Below, piece after piece: positions 16,663-26,373 of a stretch of 64,000 nucleotides of DNA; positions within the stretch are counted from its first letter, which is position 1, and each line of letters starts with the position of its first letter. The stretch is from assembly GCA_965207065.1 (NCBI GenBank), contig OZ242260.1, positions 1,408,001 to 1,472,000 on the forward strand, written 5' to 3'. The notes beneath the pieces were generated by a model. The model was not told the DNA's origin. It ran no database searches and saw only the letters and a list, made by a program, of their open reading frames with translations. The stretch comes from a bacterium (GTDB taxonomy: Bacteria; UBA8248). Position numbers and translations under genes: made by a program.

Positions 16663-18872
16663 CAGCCCGACCTGACCAGCTTGTAGTACGCACCGTCCCG
16701 ATCCGCGATCAACTCGTCGTGGGTGCCGCGTTGCACGGTGACGCCTTTGTCGAGCACGATAATTTCATCGCAATCCCGCACGGTGCTCAGCCGGTGCGCC
16801 ACGATCAGGCAGGTGACGCCGCGCCGCCGCAGGGCTTCATCGACTAGTTCCTCCGTTACGGCATCGAGTGCGCTGGTGGCCTCGTCCAGAATGAGCACCG
16901 TCGGATTGCCCACCAGCGCACGGGCGATTTCCAGGCGTTGCTGCTGGCCGCCGCTGAAATTCGCGCCGCCTTCTTCGACGAGGGTCGAGTACCCTTGCGT
17001 TCGAAGCAGGATTTCGTCATGGATTTGGGCATCCCGTGTGGCGGCGAAGAGGACTTCATCCGGGACGGCCGGGTTCCACAACGTGATGTTGTCGCGCAGG
17101 GACGCGGAAAAGAGCACGATCTCCTGGTCCACCATGGATATGGACTGCCGCAGCACTTCCTCTGGAATCTGATCCCGCAGATGATCATCAAACAGGATTT
17201 CGCCCGACCAGGGCGGATAGACACCCGATACCAGCCGCGCCAGTGTCGACTTGCCGGAACCGCTTGGACCGACCACGGCAACGCGCTGCCCCGGCTTGAT
17301 CACGAGGTTGAAGTCCTTTATCAAAGGTGGCCGGCTCTTGTTGAAACCGAAGGTGAGGTTTCGCAGTTCGAGCTGGCCTGCAAGCTGGAGCCGACCGTTG
17401 AACGTGGGGATTGACTCCGGTTCCGGATTTCGGCGACTGAAAACGGGGTCTTCATCGGTTTTGGAGATGTCCTCGAGACGTTGCATATCGGTTTCGAGCG
17501 CCTGGCGGTTTTCGGCAAACTCCAAAAAACGCCTGACGGGGGCCAGAAACATCTCGGCCAGGATGTAGAACCCGACCAGCGTCCCCAGGGTCATTTCTCC
17601 GGTCATGACCAAACCGCCCCCGATGCCGAGAATCGCCGCGCTGCGGAGCGCGTCGACCAGCCCCGGAAGCGAGGTGCTGATGGAGCCCAGTTCGGAATAG
17701 AGCTGGCGCGCACGCAACTCACGCGCCTGTTGACCGCTCCAGCGCGAAAAGAAACGGTCATCCGATCCCGTCATGCGCAGATTGTCGGAATGACTCAGCA
17801 TCTGCATGCCGAGGCCGATCAGCAGTCCCTGCTCGCGCCTCATCGCCTGGCTTCGGACAGCCCGAAGGGCGTTGAGAAAGTGGGCTAGCATTCCGTGCAG
17901 AAGGGCCAGCAAAAGCACGATCAGCGTGAGCAGGATATCGTAGGCGAACATCGCCATGAGCAACACCACGCTCATCGCCATGTCGATAATGAGAACCAGA
18001 AACTGGTCCGCCAGATTCCTGGCGATTCTGTCGGTGGACGAGACCCGGTCGGTCAGGTCGCCCGCCAGTCTGTGTTCGAAAAACTCCACCGGCAACCGCA
18101 GCAGACGTGACACGCTGCGACTGAAGCCAATCACCGATACCCGGACGGCGAGCCGCTTGAGGAATCGGTGCTTGAACAGGGACAGGACGTATACCAGGAG
18201 GCCGCCGCCGAGCAAGGCGGTCACCAATCCGCCCCAGGATCCGTGTTTTTCGATGACATCGTCGACGAAAACACCGAGAGATGCGGGAATAATCAACGTC
18301 AATAGCGTCAGCATGAGTCCGCAGGCAATCACCCCGGTAAGCAAATTCCATGATCCGGCGAGCAGGGCGCCCAATTGCCTGAACAAGTCGGGCCGCTCGC
18401 CCCCGGGCTTGAAATCAGCGCCGCGCTTGAAGCGAAGCGCAATGCCGCTGTAGTCCTTGTAGAACTCTTCGGCGGAAATCCTGCGCCGCCCCGTGGAAGG
18501 GTCATTGAGATGGAAATGACGGCCATCGAATCCATCGAGGACGACGAAATGGCTGAATTGCCAGAACAGAATCAAAGGCAACTGCAGCATTTTCAGTTGA
18601 TCGGCGCGTGCGCTGAGCCCGCTGCATTCGAGGCCATAGTGTCGGGAGGCGCGCAAGATGCTTGCGGCGCTGCTGCCGTCCCGGCTCACCTCGCATTTTT
18701 CGCGCAATTCGGTAAGCGGCACCCATCGCCCGAAGTAGGCCAGTACGATGCCGAGACAGGCGGCGCCGCATTCCGACGCGTGCATCTGCAACAGAATCGG
18801 TGTGGTCACCTTCCGTTTCGATACGTCCGAAGAGGCCTTGTCCCCGGCGTCTTTGGAAGCGGCCGTCGGCAT
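16662..18872 (-). CDS. NHLP-system ABC transporter with N-terminal C39 peptidase
   Basis: QMHASECGAACL, HFVV, LNDP (C39 triad), GPSGSGKS, FSGGQQQR, LDEATS. Confidence 0.94.
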   Translation of the reverse strand: MPTAASKDAGDKASSDVSKRKVTTPILLQMHASECGAACLGIVLAYFGRWVPLTELREKCEVSRDGSSAASILRASRHYGLECSGLSARADQLKMLQLPLILFWQFSHFVVLDGFDGRHFHLNDPSTGRRRISAEEFYKDYSGIALRFKRGADFKPGGERPDLFRQLGALLAGSWNLLTGVIACGLMLTLLTLIIPASLGVFVDDVIEKHGSWGGLVTALLGGGLLVYVLSLFKHRFLKRLAVRVSVIGFSRSVSRLLRLPVEFFEHRLAGDLTDRVSSTDRIARNLADQFLVLIIDMAMSVVLLMAMFAYDILLTLIVLLLALLHGMLAHFLNALRAVRSQAMRREQGLLIGLGMQMLSHSDNLRMTGSDDRFFSRWSGQQARELRARQLYSELGSISTSLPGLVDALRSAAILGIGGGLVMTGEMTLGTLVGFYILAEMFLAPVRRFLEFAENRQALETDMQRLEDISKTDEDPVFSRRNPEPESIPTFNGRLQLAGQLELRNLTFGFNKSRPPLIKDFNLVIKPGQRVAVVGPSGSGKSTLARLVSGVYPPWSGEILFDDHLRDQIPEEVLRQSISMVDQEIVLFSASLRDNITLWNPAVPDEVLFAATRDAQIHDEILLRTQGYSTLVEEGGANFSGGQQQRLEIARALVGNPTVLILDEATSALDAVTEELVDEALRRRGVTCLIVAHRLSTVRDCDEIIVLDKGVTVQRGTHDELIADRDGAYYKLVRSG

Positions 18873-18873
18873 C

Positions 18874-19425
18874 TTATGATCGCCTCATTCGAAACAGCGT
18901 GATCGGAGATTGCCTGCCGAGCTCGATGACGAACCGGCATTTCCTGCCCTTCAGGGAATCCGAATCCACACTTTCTTCGAGCGCGATATCGACGCGGAGC
19001 AGGGACACCGGCGCCGCGGACTCAAACGCCGCCTGCCCCCCGGAGAAAGGCACGGCGGAAATCGCCCTGACCTTTCCGGCAAGCGCGCCTGTTTTTCCGT
19101 CCGCCGTATCCGGCTCTATCACCACCGGCATCCCGGCCTCGATACGTGGAGCGATATCGCTGTCGACCCAGACGAGGGCCCGCACGGACCGGCCGCCCCC
19201 GGGCGAGTTTTCGCCTTGCTCGACCACTACGCCGTCCACCGCGAGACTACGGGCCACGCTGCCAAAGAAGAGCCATGCACAGAGGATGCACAGAACAAGA
19301 GCGATTGCGGCGACAAGCAGACGCTCCCGCGGCGTTGAAATCGTCAGCAACCGGTCGAGTTGCTCGCGTTCTTCCTTCGCTTCGGCGACAATATTATGAA
19401 AAGAATCGAATGGATTATTGAACAC
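18874..19425 (-). CDS. Short NHLP-system secretion adaptor (HlyD/MFP-like)
   Basis: EQLDRLLTISTPR followed by a TM helix and a barrel part (GMPVVIEP, GKVRAIS, QSPI); directly upstream of the two ABC genes. Confidence 0.8.
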   Translation of the reverse strand: MFNNPFDSFHNIVAEAKEEREQLDRLLTISTPRERLLVAAIALVLCILCAWLFFGSVARSLAVDGVVVEQGENSPGGGRSVRALVWVDSDIAPRIEAGMPVVIEPDTADGKTGALAGKVRAISAVPFSGGQAAFESAAPVSLLRVDIALEESVDSDSLKGRKCRFVIELGRQSPITLFRMRRS

Positions 19426-19857
19426 GACGGCAGGGCAACCCTCTCGTTGTAATCAAGCAAGGTAAAAAAACATCATACCATCCGGTAAAAAGAAATGTAA
19501 TTCCACACAATCCGGCTCAAGAATCGTCGGCGTTTGGGAAGCAGTGGATTTCCGATGGGCGGAACAGGCCGTTCGTTTACTCGTTTTCGGAATCAGTTGC
19601 TCCGGGGAGCCGGCCACGAACCGCCCGCGCCTCTCGCGCCGCAACATTTCTCGAGGTCGCCCTCACGGCGACTGACATACAAAATCACAGGGCGGGGAAT
19701 TTTTCAACGGCCTTGTTTGGACGCCCTGCGCAGCAGGCAGACGATCTTCTCCGGTTTGCAGAACTTTCCCGTCATCCTCGGTCCAGCATTTGCGAACCCG
19801 GGGGAACCGATCCTACGGCGCGGAATCAACCTTCGTGAAACTTTACGGACCCGGCGC

Positions 19858-21150
19858 CTAGCAGCTCAGCCCCTGGGACATCTGGCAATAACTGGAGAGA
19901 GGGAAAAACGCCAACGTCCGATTCCAGTCCGATTTGTCAATGACCGACTGGTTCATCAGTTCGATCATTTCGTCGAATTTGCGGAGCGCGTCGCAATCCA
20001 CCACCTCGGGATCCACCACCTTGCGGTGTCGAGGCCAGGCGTTGTCTCGAGCGTGGCGCCAGAATCCGCTGTCGTATCTGGAGCCACAGGAATAGTGCCA
20101 ACCGACGAATAAGCCGAAGCAGAGCATGGTATTGGTGAGGAATCGATTGACCACCAGAGCATCGCGTTCGAGATATTCTACCGAACGGTTAAGGCGTAAA
20201 TGGAGAACCATCCCGACCTCTACCTGTGCGGATACGATCGCCGTTGCTTCGAGGGGTTCCATGAAGGCGGCTGCGTTGCCGATGCGAGCCACCGCGCCAT
20301 CGTACATGTGACGATGGATAAAATTGGGAAACGGAATGACGGCGCGCTGCTCGAACTCCGATACGCCATCGGTCTCGAGGAAAGCGTCGAAATCCGATTC
20401 GACTTCGTCGAGGCCGGATACGTCGCGGTTGAAGATGTACCCGTAGGATGTGTGCGCTGTAAGCGGAATAACGACTATCCAACCGTGCGGACGCGCAACC
20501 GCGCGGGTATAGGTAGGTTGCAGAAACGGGCCGTCCTGCTCTTTTTTGACGATTGCAGGGCAGCGGCGGATGACGGCCGTATTCGTGGGGATGAAAGAGA
20601 GGTCGATGTGCCGGTCCGGGTCTAGTTCTGCGGGAAAGCCCCGGGCATCAAAGACCAAATCGTAGCGTTCCGCCGGCCGGCCCTCGAATTCCACTTGCGC
20701 GCCGCCTTCCACCCTGGTGATACCGGTTACTTTCGCGTCGATGCGGCTCGCGCGCGTGCTTTCATGCAGCAGGTCCGCCATCAAGTCGACGGACAGATGG
20801 TAGGCGTAGGACACCTGTTGCGGCGTGAAATAGTGGGTGAAGTCGCGATTGCGCCGACCCCATCCCTCGAATGTTACACCGTACTTGCGCGTTCCTTTCA
20901 GGCGCTGCTGGACTGTTTCATGGGGAAGATTCGTAAGTTGACACAAATCCTGCACGAGACTCGGCCAGCTGCCTTCGCCTACTCCGAGGGCCGGGATGCG
21001 CGAATCATAGATGTGATGCAGCTCGTGGTCGCTCTCGGGTAGAAGACGAGTCACATTGGCGGCCGCAAGGGACCCTGCGGTTCCCCGCCCGACAACCGCG
21101 ATCTTCCGTAATGATTTAGCGCCCGGCTGTATCATCCTACTCACTTTCAC
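19858..21150 (-). CDS. srpI: Flavin-dependent tryptophan halogenase family, SrpI-like peptidyl brominase
   Basis: VVGRGTAG, GVGEGS, catalytic Lys region GTRKYG, GWIVVIP, IGNAAAFMEPLEAT; within an LCCCW cluster; start may be the ATG at 21135. Confidence 0.85.
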   Translation of the reverse strand: MKVSRMIQPGAKSLRKIAVVGRGTAGSLAAANVTRLLPESDHELHHIYDSRIPALGVGEGSWPSLVQDLCQLTNLPHETVQQRLKGTRKYGVTFEGWGRRNRDFTHYFTPQQVSYAYHLSVDLMADLLHESTRASRIDAKVTGITRVEGGAQVEFEGRPAERYDLVFDARGFPAELDPDRHIDLSFIPTNTAVIRRCPAIVKKEQDGPFLQPTYTRAVARPHGWIVVIPLTAHTSYGYIFNRDVSGLDEVESDFDAFLETDGVSEFEQRAVIPFPNFIHRHMYDGAVARIGNAAAFMEPLEATAIVSAQVEVGMVLHLRLNRSVEYLERDALVVNRFLTNTMLCFGLFVGWHYSCGSRYDSGFWRHARDNAWPRHRKVVDPEVVDCDALRKFDEMIELMNQSVIDKSDWNRTLAFFPLSSYCQMSQGLSC

Positions 21151-21508
21151 AAGTATCGGTGCATCGCAGGTAAAGTACCATATCCTTTTGAATATAGATG
21201 AAATTGCGGATATGAGCCATTATTAAATCCGGCGCATGGCCGTCGGTAATCAGGCATGGATGGGCAAAGATGGATGCCCGCTAGAATGCTAGCGGTTTCA
21301 CCGGAGAGTTCGGCGCAATGCGATCCGGTTCTTTCGGACGTGGACGGACCGTTTCATGCAGGCATGTCTTCGAACGATTCGGAGTCCGTGGTTACGTGTT
21401 TCCCGGTTCCTGGATAATTCGGTAAATATCGATAAATTCACGGGGTATTCCGATAAAAAAGTGCAAATTTATCTTATTGTTATTTAACAGATTATGCCAT
21501 TTTACGGC

Positions 21509-21895
21509 TTATTCGGGGCGCAGCAGGCTTTTGGCCTTATCCCCTTCCGGCGTCACGGCCAGCACCTCGAGACTCGGCCGCGCGGGGCTCCTCGTGAGGA
21601 GGAGTTCCACGGGCTCGTCGAGCGCCATGATCTCGTGCACCTCGCCGGGGCGGAACTGCACCAGATCCCCCGGCGCGGCTTCCAGAATCTCTCCTTCCAC
21701 GGCGATGCGGAGCCCGCCCTTCAGGAGATAGAGGAACTGCTCGTCATGGTGATAATGCGGGTTGGAATGGCCCCTCGCCTCCATGCGGAAATATCCGATG
21801 GTGGTGTGAGCGCCATCGACCCACGCGGCGTCTGCGGTCACGTAGTCGGCGGCCTTTCCCTGGTTCTGAGCGGCGAGATTTCTGTAAATCGGCAT
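21509..21895 (-). CDS. Cupin domain protein
   Basis: PHYHHDEQFLYLLKG...PGEVH; AGGAG RBS. Confidence 0.85.
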   Translation of the reverse strand: MPIYRNLAAQNQGKAADYVTADAAWVDGAHTTIGYFRMEARGHSNPHYHHDEQFLYLLKGGLRIAVEGEILEAAPGDLVQFRPGEVHEIMALDEPVELLLTRSPARPSLEVLAVTPEGDKAKSLLRPE

Positions 21896-22046
21896 GGAAT
21901 GAACTCCTGTAGATGAGGTGATGACCGAAGATGGAACCTCAGGCGTATTCTAACGGCATGGACTCGCAATCTGTCCAGCCCCCATGTATATTTGTGCGGC
22001 AAAACAGGCGTTTCCCTCACTTCAAAAAGTTATTCGGAGGCATTTC

Positions 22047-23081
22047 GTGAGCGCCCCATCGGTGGATGAATTCGAGTATTTCTTCGATAAACCCTGGTCG
22101 GACGGCCTGCCGGTCATCCCCCCGACGGAAGAGCGTCTGGGCCAAATGCTTGCAGGAACGAGCCGTGATCCGGACGAAGTAATCGGCGACGTACCTCCGT
22201 TACTGGCGCAGGCGGACGTTCGGACCATTGCCGTTCATGCCATTATGGCAGGGTGCAAGCCGGCGTATATGCCCGTTCTCATCGGGGCCGTGGAAGCCAT
22301 TCTGGAGGAAAAGTTCAACGTGGGCGGCGTGCAGGCGACGCTCTCTTGCGCTGCTCCACTTTTGATAGTTAACGGCCCTTACGCCAGGGAAATCGGTTTA
22401 CACGGCGGGCTGGGCTGTTTCGGCCCCGGGAATCGCGCCAACGCGACGATTGGCCGCGCCATCAGGCTTTTGCTCCTCAATATCGGCGGCGGAATTCCGG
22501 GTATCACCTCGATGAGCACGTTCTCGCAACCGGGGAGGTTCACGTACTGTATCGCCGAAAATGAAGCGGAAAGCCCCTGGGAGTCTCTCGCTCAGACGAA
22601 TGGTTTTGATGCGGAGGATAACGTTGTCACCGCCGTGCATGTGGAAGGTCCCGTCATGTCCTGGGATGACGTGAGCGACGACCCCGAGCGGATGTTGCCC
22701 TCCATCGCGGACACCATGTCGCATCTGGGTTCGTGGAATTGTTGGGCCAGCACCGATTTGGTGGTCGCGATGAGCCCGCAGCAGGCCGCGATTTGCGCAA
22801 AGAGGGGGTATTCAAAGGCGGATGTCCATGGACGCCTTTGCGAAATCGCAGGCCGTTCGGTGGGCGAACTCAAAACGGGAGGTCATTTCCGGGAAAATCG
22901 TATTCAGGATTTTCCGATCCCCGTCGATCTGGATGATGACGATGCGTTTGTTCCGACGATTAAAGAAGCCCGGAGACTGCTCTTGATCGTGGCGGGCGGG
23001 GTTCCGGGGCCGATAACGGCCGTGATGCACGGCTGGAACGGCAGCAGCCGTTCGGTTTCTCGCGCATTTGAATCGTCATGA
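22047..23081 (+). CDS. UGSC-associated DGLP domain protein (array copy 1)
   Basis: DEFEYFFDKPWSDGLPVIPPT, AGCKPAY, GPGNRANATIGRA; GTG start behind GGAGG. Confidence 0.85.
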   Translation: MSAPSVDEFEYFFDKPWSDGLPVIPPTEERLGQMLAGTSRDPDEVIGDVPPLLAQADVRTIAVHAIMAGCKPAYMPVLIGAVEAILEEKFNVGGVQATLSCAAPLLIVNGPYAREIGLHGGLGCFGPGNRANATIGRAIRLLLLNIGGGIPGITSMSTFSQPGRFTYCIAENEAESPWESLAQTNGFDAEDNVVTAVHVEGPVMSWDDVSDDPERMLPSIADTMSHLGSWNCWASTDLVVAMSPQQAAICAKRGYSKADVHGRLCEIAGRSVGELKTGGHFRENRIQDFPIPVDLDDDDAFVPTIKEARRLLLIVAGGVPGPITAVMHGWNGSSRSVSRAFESS

Positions 23082-23104
23082 TATCCACTTCTTTCAATGG
23101 GTGA

Positions 23105-24139
23105 ATGGCTTTGAGCGAACCTCTGGATGAATTCGAGTTTTTTCTGGAAAAACCCTGGTCGGACGGCTTGCCCGTCGTTACCCCGACCGAAGAGCGCATT
23201 GAGCGCATGCTCTCGGGCACGAAGAGAAGTCCAAGCGAGTTCATAGGTCTCGTTCCTCCGGCCATGGGCGAGGCCACGGTCCATAGTGTGGCGGTCCATG
23301 CGGTAATGGCCGGCTGCAAGCCCGAGTATTTGCCGATCGTTCTCGGCGCCACCTCCCTTATGCTTCGCGATGAGTTCAACACGAACGGCGTGCAGGGCAC
23401 GATGCACGGCGTAGCGCCCCTCATGATCGTTAACGGCCCCTATTCCGAGCAAATCGGGGTTCACGGAGGAAATGGCTGCTTTGGCCCCGGCTTCAGATCC
23501 AACGCTTCCATCGGCCGCGCCATTCGCCTGATTCTGATGAACCTGGGCGGGGGCATTCCGGGTGTTTCTTCCATGACGATTTTCGGCACGCCGCTGCGCT
23601 ATACCGCGTGCGTAACGGAGAACCTTCAGTTTCATCCCTGGGAGACGCTCGCTGAATCCAGAGGATACGGATCGGATGAAAATGTGATCACCATGGCCAT
23701 GGTGGAAAGTCCGCGCCTGACCTTCGATGACGTAAGCGAGGAGCCCGAAAGGCTGCTCCGGGGAATCGCCGATGCGATGACGGGCCTGGGCTCATGGAAC
23801 ATGCACGCGCCCAGGACCGATATGGTCGTCGCCATGAATCCCCAGCATGCGAAAATTTGTTCCGAGGGCGGTTTTACTCGCTCGGACGTGCATCGGCGTC
23901 TTTGCGAATTGGCGGGCCACAAGGTGAAGGATCTGAAGCGGGGCGGCAACTGGCGGCGCGAGCGCGCGCTGGATATGTATATTCACGTAGACCCCGATGA
24001 CGATGAATTTTTCGTTCCCGTCATCAAGGACCCCCGTGATCTCCACTTGATCGTTGCGGGCGGCTGGGGATCGGGGAGTGCGGTCTGCCACGGCTGGAGC
24101 GGTGGCAGCCGCGCCGTTCATGGGGCCTATGAAGTGTAG
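23105..24139 (+). CDS. UGSC-associated DGLP domain protein (array copy 2)
   Basis: DEFEFFLEKPWSDGLPVVTPT, AGCKPEY, GPGFRSNASIGRA. Confidence 0.85.
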   Translation: MALSEPLDEFEFFLEKPWSDGLPVVTPTEERIERMLSGTKRSPSEFIGLVPPAMGEATVHSVAVHAVMAGCKPEYLPIVLGATSLMLRDEFNTNGVQGTMHGVAPLMIVNGPYSEQIGVHGGNGCFGPGFRSNASIGRAIRLILMNLGGGIPGVSSMTIFGTPLRYTACVTENLQFHPWETLAESRGYGSDENVITMAMVESPRLTFDDVSEEPERLLRGIADAMTGLGSWNMHAPRTDMVVAMNPQHAKICSEGGFTRSDVHRRLCELAGHKVKDLKRGGNWRRERALDMYIHVDPDDDEFFVPVIKDPRDLHLIVAGGWGSGSAVCHGWSGGSRAVHGAYEV

Positions 24140-24180
24140 CGCCGGAATCTCCACGACAGTCAGAGTGGTATCAGATTTCT

Positions 24181-25197
24181 ATGGATGAATTCGAATTTTT
24201 CTTTCAAAAATCCTGGTCGGACGGCCTGCCGGTAATCCCACCAACCCAGGAACGGATGGCCGCCATGCTCTCGGGCACGAGACTCGGGGCTTCCGAAATC
24301 ATTGGCCTGGTGCCGCCCCTCATGGGGGAGGCCGGCGTCGAAGCGGTTGCCGCGCACGCCGTGATGGCGGGGTGTGAACCTTCGTATATGCCTGTCGTCA
24401 TTGCTGGGCTTAGAGCGCTTCTTGCGCCGGAACTCAACTTGAACGGCGTACAGGGCACCATGCACAGCGCAGCCCCTCTAATCATCGTGAATGGTCCATA
24501 TGCGAAAATAATCGGACTGCATGGCGGAACGGGATGCTTTGGTCCGGGATTTCGGGCGAATGCGACAATCGGCCGCGCCATCCGGCTTATTCTCATGAAC
24601 CTGGGCGGCGGTGTGCCGGTTTTCGCCTCGATGAGCACGTTCGGTTCACCTGCCAGATATACGTTTTGTATCACCGAGAATGAAGCGGAAAGTCCCTGGG
24701 AGCCGTTGTCCGTCGCGCGAGGGTTTCATCGGGATGACGATGTTGTAACCGCCGTGATGACGGAAGCGCCTCAAGGATATATCGATGATTATTCCAAGGA
24801 CCCGGAATCTTTTTTTGTGGGCTTGGCGGATAAAGTATCCACCCTGGGCTCGCTGAACATCTGGCTGAAAACCCAGGTGGTCGTTGCTTTGGGTCCGGAT
24901 CATGCGCGCATGTGCGCAGCGGCTGGTTTGAGCAAGGAAGATGTTCATCGCCGGATTATGGAACTTGCGTGTAGACCCCTGGGAGAGCTGAAAAAATCGG
25001 GCTATTGGCGAGAGGAGATGATAGCCAAGTGGCCATTTCACGTGGCCCTGCAGGATGATTCTTTTATGGTACCGGCGATCAAGGATGAAGACGATTTGAT
25101 ACTTCTCGTCGCAGGGGGTACGCCCGGACCGGTTACGTTCGTCATGCCCGGCTGGGTGGACGGCAGCGAGGCGGTATCGGCGGACTATCAACCATAA
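24181..25197 (+). CDS. UGSC-associated DGLP domain protein (array copy 3)
   Basis: MDEFEFFFQKSWSDGLPVIPPT, AGCEPSY, GPGFRANATIGRA. Confidence 0.85.
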   Translation: MDEFEFFFQKSWSDGLPVIPPTQERMAAMLSGTRLGASEIIGLVPPLMGEAGVEAVAAHAVMAGCEPSYMPVVIAGLRALLAPELNLNGVQGTMHSAAPLIIVNGPYAKIIGLHGGTGCFGPGFRANATIGRAIRLILMNLGGGVPVFASMSTFGSPARYTFCITENEAESPWEPLSVARGFHRDDDVVTAVMTEAPQGYIDDYSKDPESFFVGLADKVSTLGSLNIWLKTQVVVALGPDHARMCAAAGLSKEDVHRRIMELACRPLGELKKSGYWREEMIAKWPFHVALQDDSFMVPAIKDEDDLILLVAGGTPGPVTFVMPGWVDGSEAVSADYQP

Positions 25198-25232
25198 GCC
25201 TTCCTGCCAGGCTTGCTTTTGAGGATGAACGC

Positions 25233-26252
25233 ATGGATGAGTTTGAGTTTTTCTTTGATAAAGAATGGTCGGACGGCCTGCCTGTCGTGACCCCGACGGA
25301 AGAGAGGATTGGTCCGATGCTCTCGGGCACGAGGAGGGAGCCGGGCGAAGTACTCGGCCACGTGGCTCCGGCGGGCGGGGAACTCAGTATACAAGGGGTG
25401 GCGGCCCACGCCGTGATGGCGGGTTGTAAGCCTGAATACATGCCGGTGCTGATAGCCGGCCTGGAAGCGCTTCTCGATGAGCGTTTTAACGTAAATCTGA
25501 TTCAGGCCACGACGAGCGCGGGCGCTCCTTTTCTGTTGGTGAATGGTCCTTATGCAAGGGAAATCGGGCTGCACGGGGGCGTAGGCTGCATGGGACCCGG
25601 CTACCGCGCGAACCTGACCATCGGCCGCGCCGTCAGGCTCATCATGATGAATGTGGGAGGAGGCATTCCCGGAATCACCTGTCTCGGCGGTTTCGGAGGT
25701 CCCTGGCGAAGCACTTTTTGCATCATGGAGAACGAGGAGGAATCCCCTTGGGAGTCGTATGCGGAATCGAAAGGGTATTCCAGGAGCGATAACGTGGTGA
25801 CCATGATTCCTCTCGAAGGTCCGGTGCAGGTATGGGACGATGCGAGTCTGACTCCTGACCGGCTCCTGACGACGGTTGCCGATATGATGTCGGCATTGGG
25901 CGGTCCCAATATGTATCGGCAAGCGGATATGGCGGTTGTCCTGGGTGCGCAACATGCGCATCTGTGCGCCGACGCCGGGCTGACCCGCAGCGATGTCCAT
26001 CAAAAATTATTGGAAACGGGTGGGCGTACTATCGGGGATATCAAGCGCGGCGGCATCTGGCGAGGCGAGAAAGGCGCGGATCGCTGGCCATTTCCCGTGG
26101 ATGTGAATGATGATGATTTTTTTGTGCCTTCGGTCGGGGAGCCCGACGATCTTCATTTGATCGTCGCGGGGAGCAGGGGTTCACCTTCCAGCATGGTCAT
26201 GCACGGAATTACCGTGGCGTGTCGGGCTGTGACTAAAAAATTTGACGTGTGA
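25233..26252 (+). CDS. UGSC-associated DGLP domain protein (array copy 4)
   Basis: MDEFEFFFDKEWSDGLPVVTPT, AGCKPEY, GPGYRANLTIGRA. Confidence 0.85.
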   Translation: MDEFEFFFDKEWSDGLPVVTPTEERIGPMLSGTRREPGEVLGHVAPAGGELSIQGVAAHAVMAGCKPEYMPVLIAGLEALLDERFNVNLIQATTSAGAPFLLVNGPYAREIGLHGGVGCMGPGYRANLTIGRAVRLIMMNVGGGIPGITCLGGFGGPWRSTFCIMENEEESPWESYAESKGYSRSDNVVTMIPLEGPVQVWDDASLTPDRLLTTVADMMSALGGPNMYRQADMAVVLGAQHAHLCADAGLTRSDVHQKLLETGGRTIGDIKRGGIWRGEKGADRWPFPVDVNDDDFFVPSVGEPDDLHLIVAGSRGSPSSMVMHGITVACRAVTKKFDV

Positions 26253-26373
26253 AAAATTTCTTTTCCGGGTGGGTTCGGAGCGTAGGCTGGATTTTGCATT
26301 CAGTATCAAATTCGAAGGCAGAATCTATCTCATCTTAATTTGTTAAAGTTGGAATGTTTTAGTGCGCTTCTTT

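Noticed and set aside
22047-26252. CRISPR, DGR or integron interpretation of the recurring DNA blocks
   Set aside because: The repeats are conserved codons inside ~1-kb paralogous genes; no spacers, cas, RT, attC or integrase.
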